The notes under the pieces: generated by a model
Told to the model about the DNA's origin: nothing
Database searches by the model: none
What the model saw: the letters and a program-made list of their open reading frames with translations, nothing else
Shown: positions 13,555 through 24,609 of the stretch, one piece after another
Layout: each line of letters opens with the position of its first letter
How positions within the stretch are numbered: position 1 is the stretch's first letter
Assembly (NCBI GenBank): GCA_964035545.1
Contig: OZ037772.1
Location: 5,088,233-5,152,232 of the forward strand
Source: Bugula neritina
Lineage: Eukaryota > Animalia > Bryozoa
Direction: 5' to 3'
DNA length: 64,000 bases
Translations under genes and position numbers: made by a program

Positions 13555-13823
13555 TTATGCTTTCACTTTATGCTCAGCAATGACATTCAGTGATTGAGCA
13601 CTCTTTAACAATGGTCACAAACTCAAGCTGCTAGCATTTAACAATGCTCGTGACTCCTAGGTGACCCCTAGAGTCACTTGAGCACTCTGGCTTGAGTTTA
13701 CACATCTTTTAAATATGCTTTAGTAAAACTATAAGTTTTACTATTGCGAAGGTGTGGGCAATGGTACTCTGTTCTGTGCTGATGAGGGGACAAACCCCGA
13801 AACAGCCGCTGTCTACAGATTGA

Positions 13824-13826
<3 letters not shown>
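13555..13826 (+). mobile_element. ~270-bp non-coding hammerhead-bearing retroelement unit (Penelope pLTR- or retrozyme-like), copy 1
   Basis: Near-identical to the reverse complement of 19780-20048; both are bounded by TA-repeat sequence; hammerhead at the 3' end. Confidence 0.7.
13773..13819 (+). ncRNA. Minimal type I hammerhead ribozyme
   Basis: Stem I TCTGTG/TACAGA; core CTGATGA; stem II GGGG-acaaa-CCCC; GAAA; stem III CAGC-c-GCTG; GTC cleavage triplet ending 13813. Confidence 0.85.
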
Positions 13827-14107
<281 letters not shown>

Positions 14108-14586
14108 AGAACGTATAATAGGCAGATTAATATACATACACTATGCATATGTGTTCGCATATTGTTCAATAAATGCAACCTATTTTAAAAGGTTATAACA
14201 TACAATTTTATTTATTGTAAGAGGAAATAAGAAAATACGAATAGAAATAAATAAATAAATTCCAGCAGTATAAGATGCTATAAAAAGAACATTTTGCGCA
14301 CTCAATAAATACTACTTATAGAAGAAATGTCAAGAACACTTTCAATACTAATAAGAATGCAACTGCTTGGATTTCTGAGCTTGCCTGCTAAACCCCTGCA
14401 TACATGGATGTATATATACAAGTGGTATATCTTTAAAGCTTTTTTGGTAAAAATCTTACATTATACAATTCGCTACACATTCCTTTGCCAAATACATGAA
14501 ATATTTGTTAAATAACTTAGAAAATTCTCTTTTTAACCAAAAGATGTTAAAGATTAAAATATAGAAAAGCTAAAATACTATCAAAA

Positions 14587-17500
14587 ATGGATCGCTTAGG
14601 TGCCGGCCACCCGAAGTGCCTTATGCTAAAAGAACTGGGGTTGTCAAAAGGAGAAGTGATTTATAGTTCTGATATTATTAAATCTTTTTTATCCAAATGG
14701 TAAAATAGCTTTATATCCCTTCAATAATATTTATTTCTTAAACTGCAATTTTGCTGTTAACTTGCATTTTATGACTATTACCTACTATAAATAGACTTAC
14801 AAATTATATTTGTACATTATTTTAACGGAAAATTTCAAAACGTTATTTCATTATTCAAATTACCACATGTTATAATATTTATATATTGTTTATCTAGTCT
14901 AAACCAGAAAGCCGCCATTGTTTTTCCAAATGGAAATTTAGAAGTTCCTGTCTTTGAAAATATTATAGATTATTCTGAAGACCAAATTGTCAGTAGACTT
15001 CACAATTACCGTAAGTGTTTAAATTCTATAGACAACAATTTGTTTTGAGCTCTAAGATATGCCATTTTCTAAAATATATTTTGCAAAAAATTGGGCCATC
15101 ACCATTCTAAATGAAGTTGAATATAATAACTGCTTAAGCTGCCATGTTTTTCCTAACTTGATATTTTTATATTGGTGTTTTTATTATTATATATGGTCAC
15201 TCTTGAAGGCATCTATAAATTACATGACGGTTTATATGTAGCTTATATACTAGCTAGATCTACTAAAAAGTCACATATCACGTGCATGAGTTTTTAAGCA
15301 GATAGCTGTAATCAACTTCTAACATAACATCAAATTGATTGTAAAATCATTTATAGCTGGTTATATTTATTAAGTACATGGTATTATAGTTAACTGTGTT
15401 GAAAGCAAAAAATGTGTTAGAAAGTTTATTTATTGAGCCCTTTATATTATTATCTAATTATGTTATATCATGATTATAATACGTTACTAAAATATATGCT
15501 ATTATGACAAAATATTTTTTATATAATAGGCCTAATATTATACTATCTAATATATCGATATTTTACATTACTCTGCATTCAAGTTATATAGATGCAATTT
15601 ATTCATGTTTTACCTATATAGCAATTGTTATTCTTTAACCTGGTATATAAAAACTCATATAATATACTGGTTGATTGTCCTTTCACAGTGTTAACCTGCT
15701 ATGACCAGATGTTCAACCAAGCTATATATGACGCTGTCAAAGCATCTGACCTCTATACAGAGTACGTTGAAGGCTCCAACACACTGGCTAACTTCAAATA
15801 CCATTTCTACATGGCTTTAGAAGATATACTTTCTCTCCCAACATGGAACAGGACTATGAGGGTGAGGGCAGGTTGTTTCACACTCAACATCTCTCAACTT
15901 TAATTAGCTGTCTTGTAGAATTTTTCTGCTGCGCAATTTCTGCGTGGGGAGGGGGGTTGCCATAACCCAATAAAATATTTCACACTCAATATATCTCTCC
16001 AGTTTTTAGCTGTTTTTAATAATTTATGAAGTTTAATGTAAATGGTGTTTTGCTCTAAATTAATAAAGTAATAACGCAAATAAAATTAAATACTGAAAAG
16101 CATTTCTAATTCTACTTGATCTTTTATGTTTTTTTCTTAGGTTTTTAATAAATTGGGATACCCGAACGTGATGAACAAATTATCAGGGTATATAGTAAAT
16201 ATATATTTAACTAAAATGGTGAATATGTTGTAATTTGATCTTGCAAAACCCCTAGTTCCAATCATTTGTGCTATATAGATATAGTTAGAATCAAGGCATA
16301 CAATTCTGTAGTGTTGTGTTCACCCAGCTGTCCCTATGCTGTAATGGTTAGCACACTTGCTTGCAAGTCGGAGGTCTCGATTCCCAGTAGGAGCAAAATT
16401 ATTTTTTAAGCTATTTCAGCCTTCAGTGAAGTGTAGGATATAAAAGTTGAGTAGCCAGGGAAGCCTGGAGACTGAAAAAAGTAGTGAATAAGCCAGTGGA
16501 GTTCAGAGAACTGGGTAGGATGCAGTGTTGAGTTTACCCAGTGGTCCCCGTGGTGTAATGGTTAGCACACTTGCTTGCAAGCCATGCAGAGGTTCGATTC
16601 CCAGTGGGGGGGGGAACTAATTTTCAAATTATTCATGTATGGTGAATTTTTTACAATAAGCAAACTTTGAATTTTGGTCATAATCTGCTGATGTGTACTA
16701 AATAAAGTAAAGTGGAAATATAAATATGTATCAAAATATTGTACCTACCCATTTAAAGTGATATAGAAGAGTTGCCTACAGTTTACTAATCTCTTGAGAG
16801 CTTTCGACAGAAGCAATTATAGTTAACCATGATTTTTAAAGTGCTATATGCTGCTTGTGTTAATTACTTCTGTAAAATAATTGCTCCCACCGAGATTTGA
16901 ACCACAGCCCTCCGGCTTGCAAGCAGGTTTGTTAACCAATTATACACCACAGGGGCTTCGGGATTTCCAACAACATCCCGTCCAGTTCTCTCCAGAACTA
17001 CACTGGCCCTTACATAGTCTGTCAGCTTTTAGTGCTCCACTCACCACTCAACTCACTCAGAGTACTTCCACAAAACAGGGCTGAAATAGCTTGTAAAATA
17101 ATTGCTCCCATCGGGATTCAAACCACAGACATCCGCTAACCAATTACACCACAGGGGTATCGGATTTCCAACAAAAACTCCAAACCACTAATCCAGTTAT
17201 AGTTCTATAAAAAGCTGCTGCATGCAATTTTTTCATTTAACTATATTTCACTGCTCTAAATGTTAACAAAAAGAGAAACAAAGCTGGTCTGCTGTTCTAT
17301 TCTGTTCAAACATATAGTGGCTGTTACATTGTGGATAATTTGTATGTATTATATCGAAAGGACAACTCCACACACTTGACTGACATGATGCATTTTGCAT
17401 CATGCAAATCAACTAGTGCGATGGTGCCATCGTAATGGCCAATCAGTAACTGCTAGTAATTAGTAATAGGCGGAGCTGCATACCAACTTGTAGCGGACAC

Positions 17501-18004
17501 TAGTCTAATTGACTTGCTGGCAGAGATGACTAGAAAGTGCTAATGTAAAGTCTTGTGTATTGTCTCTCTTATTATGTAACAAGTTTTTGATAGTTGTACA
17601 TTTTACTAGTATATTGAATTAAATAGAATAAATTGTTAGCAATCGCAAATCTGGTGATATAGCTTTGCCTGAATAGACCCAAAAATTACAAGTAAAGTGT
17701 AAGTTCACAACAATATTGATCACTGAATGAAACAATCTCTATTTTTTAACTGAGCGCTCTGATATCGATAAAATTAATTCTCAGTTAGTTAATTAAACAA
17801 ATGATTTCTCTATAATAATCTGTTTGAAACTTGAATTTGCAGGCCATCATCTTTACCTGCAGACTAGCAGAATTCATACAGGTAAACCGCTGTGATTTGA
17901 AGTTTGTCTATCTGATTGCTGATTGGCTGATAGAATACTTTGATAACCACAGAGATCTGATTATTCACCAGAGTGGTGGGTGGAGACAACTCAGAGACAA
18001 GTGA
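14587..18004 (+). CDS. Divergent Bcl-2-family-like protein, 186 aa, no C-terminal TM helix
   Basis: Exons 14587-14699, 14898-15010, 15689-15861, 17843-18004 join in phase. BH1-like ...EDILSLPTWNRTMRAIIFTCRLAEF and BH2-like WLIEYFDNHRDLIIHQSGGWRQL. Exon lengths and splice sites are conserved in the inverted paralog, with many synonymous differences. Confidence 0.72.
16307..16626 (+). mobile_element. TRIM-like element with tRNA-containing LTRs (two-LTR form)
   Basis: LTR1 16307-16408 and LTR2 16521-16626 (TG...CA-type ends); ~110-bp internal region starting AGCTATTTCAGCC and ending purine-rich GAGAACTGGGTAGGA; flanks aattc/aatta. Confidence 0.7.
16871..17176 (-). mobile_element. TRIM-like element with tRNA-containing LTRs (two-LTR form, second subfamily)
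   Basis: LTRs 17092-17176 and 16871-16975; same internal start AGCTATTTCAGCC and PPT-like GAGAACTGGACGGGA; flanks acttc/actcc. Confidence 0.7.
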
Positions 18005-18324
18005 ATCTGTTTGATGGGAAGAAAAAACTGTGCATTTGAATTTAAATGTCTCAGCTCAAAATAATATTCCTATAAGCATTTAAACAGACATGCTTTTTTT
18101 GTTGATATTATTTAGTAATATATTCTCTGCTCCATATATATCGACTTTGCATGTTTGAATAATTGAAATATAGCTATTGTTCAAGTTTTATGATAACAAT
18201 AATTATACGACACACTGTTCAGCCTGAATATAGCTATCAACTCTTAATAACTAATTCATGTTGAAATTATTTTAAACACGCAAAATGCTTGCAACTAACA
18301 TTTAGATGAAGTAGATTTCCACTT

Positions 18325-18388
18325 ACAAAGCACGCAGGCAAACTAACTAATTACACCACAGGGGCTGCTGGCTAAACTCAACTCTACA
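18325..18388 (-). mobile_element. Truncated solo LTR of the tRNA-TRIM
   Basis: TGTAGAGTTGAGTTTAGCCAGCAGCCCCTGTGGTGTAATTAG; the paralogous site in the right arm (48398-48695) holds the two-LTR form. Confidence 0.55.
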
Positions 18389-18827
18389 TAAATGTTGAGT
18401 AATTTGTTTGAATATTCATATCTTTACAAGATAGTAATTTTATTAAAACTAAATAAACAAAAAAAGTTAATTTCTACTTTATTTATATAATATTTAAACT
18501 GTTGGCACATTCTAAGAGCATAGAAAGCTTTTGTTGCATTATGTTATTATGCAATCGCAGTATGCTGAAGCAATTTATTTTAAGTAAAAACAAAAACATT
18601 CAGAGCAGAACAAAATGTGTTGAAAATTGATCATCACAAGATCAAAAAGCGGTGTTGTTTTATAAATGATGCAGTGTATAATATGCATGCCAATTGTTAG
18701 TTCACAGTTATAAAGTTATTATAATATGTGGAACAAAAAATTAATAAAAATTAGCTTTTTGAGACCATATAACAGGTGGTATATAACTATGAACTAGAAG
18801 TATTTTTAGCTTGTAAAGTTGAAATTG

Positions 18828-19066
18828 TCAAAATAATTTCAAACCATGAATTTCTAACTCATAGTTATTTAGAAAATTATTCACTTCAACAGCTGTTAGT
18901 CTCACATATCTACCATACATTCTGGTATGACATGTAACCAGAAATATATCTGCAGGCTGTGGTTGTCCAGGAAGGTAGTTACAGATCTCATCTTCTGGTG
19001 GATCATCAAAGTTAGTGTCAGTTTCACCAACTGTTACTCTTACATTGGCCAGTCTCTTAATGACCT
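18828..19066 (-). pseudogene. Orphan copy of the F-type lectin last exon (reading frame intact)
   Basis: tttacag acceptor + 239 nt (EVIKRLANVRVTVGETD...ELEIHGLKLF*), paralog of 27708-27946; no upstream exons found on this strand. Confidence 0.75.
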
Positions 19067-19339
19067 CTGTAAAATTATTAATTATACATAGAAATAAAAC
19101 TTGAAATTTAGGTCAAATGAACTCCCTGAAAGATGATTGTATAGATTATGGTCATGTGACATGTGATATTATGTGTCATGATTGATGTTTTTGTTTCATG
19201 TACAGTGCATCATGTGTTATGTGTCATGCGTAACATACCACATGTCATATTATATGCTACTTGACACCACACATAATATTCTAGAAAGAGAGTATATATA
19301 TACATATATATATACACACACATATATATATATATATAT

Positions 19340-19386
19340 TCTGTGCTGATGAGGGGACAAATCCCGAAACAGCTGCTGTCCACAGA
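19340..19386 (+). ncRNA. Minimal type I hammerhead ribozyme, isolated between (TA)n tracts
   Basis: TCTGTG-CTGATGA-GGGG acaaa TCCC-GAAA-CAGC t GCTG-TC-CACAGA; stem I fully Watson-Crick. Confidence 0.85.
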
Positions 19387-19388
19387 TT

Positions 19389-19779
<391 letters not shown>

Positions 19780-20045
19780 CTCAATCTGTAGACAGCAGCT
19801 GTTTCGGAGTTTGTCCCCTCATCAGCACAGAACAGAGTACCATGGCCCACACCTTCGCAATAGTAGAAACTTATAGTTTTACTAAAGCATATTTAAAAGG
19901 TGTGTAAACTCAAGCCAGAGTGCTCAAGTGACTCTAGGGGTCACCTAGGAGTCATGAGCATTGCAAAATGCTAGCAGCTTGAGTCTGTGACCATGGTGAG
20001 AGTGCTCGATCATTTAATGTCATTGCTGAGCATTAAATGAGAGCG

Positions 20046-20048
<3 letters not shown>
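19780..20048 (-). mobile_element. ~270-bp hammerhead-bearing unit, copy 2
   Basis: Reverse complement of 13555-13826; (TA)n on both sides. Confidence 0.7.
19785..19831 (-). ncRNA. Minimal type I hammerhead ribozyme
   Basis: Reverse strand TCTGTG-CTGATGA-GGGG acaaa CTCC-GAAA-CAGC t GCTG-TC-TACAGA. Confidence 0.85.
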
Positions 20049-20130
<82 letters not shown>

Positions 20131-20159
20131 AATATATCTTTACGAGCTAGTAATTTGAT

Positions 20160-20363
20160 TATAAATAGGTATACGAGAAACATTGTTATTTATTACTTTA
20201 TTAGGTAAAGTAATTACACTGATATTTCGGGTACCACTGTACCCATCTTCAAAGTAGCAATGAATTCATTGCTACTTTGAAAATGGGTACAGTGGTACCC
20301 GAAATATCAGTGTATATATTACTTTACCTATTAAAGTAATAAATAACAATGTTTCTCGTATAC

Positions 20364-20371
<8 letters not shown>
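20160..20371. repeat. ~210-bp near-perfect spacerless palindrome (foldback) among (TA)n tracts
   Basis: Arms mirror around GAATTC at 20262-20267. Confidence 0.9.
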
Positions 20372-20442
<71 letters not shown>

Positions 20443-21012
20443 GGTTGTCAATATCAAAAATCATTTAAGCTTATGCATGCAATTAAGCTTGTGCAGCAGC
20501 TAAAATATTACAGTGTTAAGAGTCATTATTTTCATATAATTTTATTTTCGATTCTGTCTCTAACAATAGACTTCTCATTACTATCATATGGTCCTTTGAT
20601 TTACTATTGACTATATCCAAGTATATACAGGTTACACAATCTCAATCAATATCTCATTAAAATAAGATGACATAATATTGTAAGGAAACTTGTGTTACTG
20701 GATTGATGTTGATTATAATAAATAATGTTTTGTTGTATTTTACTTATACACTACAATTAAAACTAAATTGCATTTTTTCCTTTCATTCAAATATAAAAGT
20801 ATAATTTGTGAGCAGCTTTTGTTAAACTACAAGCTGTTTAATTAACGAGTTGTAATCACAAATCTAGCAGTTAAACTAATCAAATTTGCAAATGAATCTC
20901 TTTGGCTCGATAGTGCAACATTTACATCAGATCTGAGAAAACTCGATGCAAGTACAGCTCACTCTGTTCTTCTACTTTAAACTTCATTCAGCTGTGACGA
21001 CCAAAATTATCC

Positions 21013-21043
21013 ATGCTACACTCTTATATTATATATGCCACAG
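21013..21043 (+). pseudogene. Orphan first exon (plus upstream region) of a fourth PAN-FTLD lectin copy
   Basis: ATG...ACAG|gtacag, 31 nt (MLHSYIIYAT), same length and phase as 30003-30033 and 35076-35106; ~400 bp upstream is homologous to those genes; no exon 2 before the Gypsy fragment. Confidence 0.6.
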
Positions 21044-21459
21044 GTACAGCATAAAGAGTTTGTGTATAGCGAATACATATACTGTATATTGTGTAGTGTA
21101 TTATACAGGTACTGTTTATGATTATGTATAGTGTTACGTAGAGGTGTTGTCTAGAATGTAGTGTATTGTGCAGGTATTTTATATTATTCAGTGTATTTCA
21201 TGAAATCAGTAAGAATTAACTTATTCACAACTTCAAAGATAAAAAGTATATACTACAGGTACAGCAGCAACAATAATGGTGTTATTTTATAATAATAATT
21301 GATTTGAATTTTGAGCTGTGTTGCTACTTACTGAAACAGTATAAGTAGAAGACAACGGAAAATAATTATGTTCTTTATATTTTCTATGATAAAATACAAT
21401 TCAAAAGCTTGAATATTATTAATAAAAAATTCAAATGTCAATCAACTCTAGCTAGGCCA

Positions 21460-23520
21460 GTCTTATAAGTTGGAGATCTTAAACTCTGCAGTAGCCAGCA
21501 GTCTCAATCAGCTGACTGCGCAAAGAGAGATCTTAGTGCAGTGTGTCAACCCCTTCACGGAGTCGGTAGAGTTACCGAGAGGGTCTATACTGGGCCGTTT
21601 CCACTCTGTCCAGGAAGAGGACGTGGGGTCGTTGTTGGGAGATGCGACTGAGGGTCCCCGGACAGCGCCCGCCTAAAGGGCGGGGGACCGTCCCACCACA
21701 CATCAAGGAGTTGTACGAGGCAGCCTGCGGTGGCTGGGTGACCAACGAAGAAGGTCAGGCTATGGCGAAGTTGCTGCACGAGTAAAACGACGTGTTCAGC
21801 ACTGGAGACCATGGTGTAGGCCTGACAAGAGTCGTTTGTCATGAGATACCGCTGGCTGCGGGGACAGCTCCTATCCAGCAATCCACGAGCACGTTGGGGC
21901 TGGAGAAGAAGAAAGAGGTCAGCCGACAAGTCCCAGATCTTCCAGACCGCAGCCTCATAGAGCGATCCCATAGTGTGTAGAGCTCGCCGGTCGTCCTGGT
22001 TTGGAAAATAGACGGAAGTAGGCGGTTCTGTGTGGATAGGCCAGCAAGCATGGTCGTCTCCCTGGTGAAGTGGGACGACTGAGGTTATATGCTGCATGGC
22101 CGTGGTAAGTGATAGCTGTCGACCTGGTTGGACCCATGCCCCCTGACTCTCAGAGGCACCAGCTGGATCCTAGTATTAACTGACCACTTCACTAGGTTGG
22201 CCGACGCCCTGGCTATCCCAGACGCGTAGACTCCGACAGTGACCAGGGTGCTAAATCAACATGTATTCTGTTACTTCGGTCTTCCGAAACAGATGCATGC
22301 CGACCAAGGTGCTCAGTTCCAGTTTCAACTGATGAGTGACCTCTCCCGCTTCTGGAGAGCAAACCAGAGCAGGACTACCCCGTACCACCCAAAAGGTAAC
22401 GGGATGGTGAAGCGCAACAACCGGATGTTAGGTGATGCGCTCCAGAGTCTGCTCCTCAGGCGTAGTCAGAAGGAATGGAATACGGTGCTACCGCAGGTCA
22501 TGCGCGCGTACCGCAGCACACCACACACCAGTACTGGTGAGACTCTCAACCTCCTGATGCTCGTTTGGGAGATTCGAGTTCTCGACCACCTTACCTGTCT
22601 ACGTTTCTGAGCAGAATAGCTCAGTCCACAAGTACGCCAGTGAATTAGTAGAACGGATGAACGCCGCACACAAAATGCTGCTAGAAAAGCAGTGGCAAGT
22701 GCGGCACGAGCATTCCGACGAACCATCCCTCTATCAGACAAGAGACTGGGTGTGGATGGTAAATCACTGTAGGCGTCGTGGACAGGCTAGGCGACTAAGT
22801 TACAGCCTAAGTTTGTGAGACCCTATGTAGTAGTTGAGGCGATGCCCAACCATACCTACAAGATTGAGCGCTCAGGTCAGGTGTCTATTCAGGATGAGGC
22901 TCGCTTGAAGCCGTATTGGGCTAGCCTTGACGTTGTGGGAGAAACCCTCCATTGTTGGAGCCCCGGAGGCAGACAACAACGCGCGGGCAACAGCGGCGTG
23001 GACCGGAAGATAAAGTGGGCGTGCCGTGGGAAAAGGACCTGGCCAGAGACTACCGACCGCTTCCTCCAGCAGAAGTGCGTTCGCCGCTTCCAGCGCCAGG
23101 CCTTACATCATCACTCCCGGAACCCGAGCCGGGCCCGCAAGTGCAAATCTCCACGAAGGCTCCATCCGAAGAAAGCCAAAAAGAGCCAGTCACTAACAAG
23201 CCGGAAGCCCCGCTAGTGTAACTTGATAGTCCACCTGTGAGTGCACCACCTCCTGATCTGGAACTAGGACAGCGTACCAGACAACCCCCAGCATACTTGA
23301 AAGACTTCATATGTGACTGCGTTCAAAGCGACAATTATATAAGTCTAGCGGAAGGCCATACCGGTGGACTGTCAGTAAATTGTGGGAGTTGTTGGCCCCA
23401 CTACAAAATCAACTTTTACGAGGGCGGAGTAGTAGGCAGAGTTAATATGCCCAAGGCGAAAAAGTCCTAGTCACATGCAGCGAACACGCTGCCCAGCCTT
23501 TTCCTACGCTGACATCGCCA
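21460..23520 (+). mobile_element. Degenerate, internally deleted Ty3/Gypsy pol fragment related to the 40-47 kb element
   Basis: LVQCVNPFTESVELP, HEIPLAAGTAPI, DQGAQF, TTPYHPKGNG and PAYLKDF motifs with stops and frameshifts; jumps from the RT start (RFCVD) to integrase at ~22040. Confidence 0.9.
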
Positions 23521-23935
23521 AAGGCAGACGTGTTCTCAAATCTCATAAACAGATACTTGAATGTTGAGTATGTCTATAATTACTGAGTTCCAAAGTACGC
23601 CTGCATAGATCTAGTATTCCTATCTATGCAAACAGTTCGGTTACCAGCTAATTCTGATCTAATCGATCTGATTGAATCAGAACTACTGGAGACCGTGTCT
23701 AATGTGAATGACGATTAGGACGTAGTAATAGTTGACTATTTTTTAGATCTAGAGCTAGATGCTATGATTCTTAGCCAGTCTACACATCCGAACGCGAGCT
23801 CTCAAGTGCCTTATAAAAGAATTTGTGACATTCACACTAGTAACAGTCGATTGTCACATGAATTACTAAATGTTTTTGATATGTGTAGAAATGACGGTCT
23901 CCTTCTATGTGCTGCACCGTAGCTTATATGAGTAG

Positions 23936-23994
<59 letters not shown>

Positions 23995-24609
23995 GTATAT
24001 ATATTTACAGTTTTTAAAAATTTAATGAAGATTCGCTTTAAAATTCAGTGAAATATGATAATTCTCTTGCAGCATTTTATGGAAACGTATATCAGTTTCT
24101 AAATTTAGTGCAATCAATTATTATTTAGCTAGACCAGCTTATTTCATTACCAGATTAATTGCAAGCGTCGCCTTAGTATCTTCCATTTTAAAATTTGTTA
24201 TTCTTTTTGAAACCAGATTTTAAGCTATTAAATAAACAACTGGGAATTAGATTTAGCACAGATTCAAATTACCAATTTCATTGAAATAAAACTTATTATT
24301 CTTTTAGAAACGGAACATTGAGGTGTACATGCAACTGGGAATAATGTTTTATCACATACTCAAATAAACAAACAATGCAACAGCATATAAATCAATATCT
24401 TTTCAATACACTCCTCTCTAGGTGTCTTTATAACTGCTGATTCTCAAATGTGCATTTATGTTCTGAACAATTATTTGTGTTGAAAGTTAGTAGTTAAATA
24501 TTAATGTTGTTAAATTCCTACACAGCTGTGCTATAAGGAGACAGCTTATACTCATTTTGCGATCAGCAGTTGTACCTTGTCACACGGTTACTAGAGATAG
24601 GCAGTTATA

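Noticed and set aside
16141-16187. Possible extra exon (VFNKLGYPNVMNKLS) in the Bcl-2-like gene
   Set aside because: Its exit phase is incompatible with the last exon, it would split the BH1-like helix, and no counterpart was seen in the paralog.
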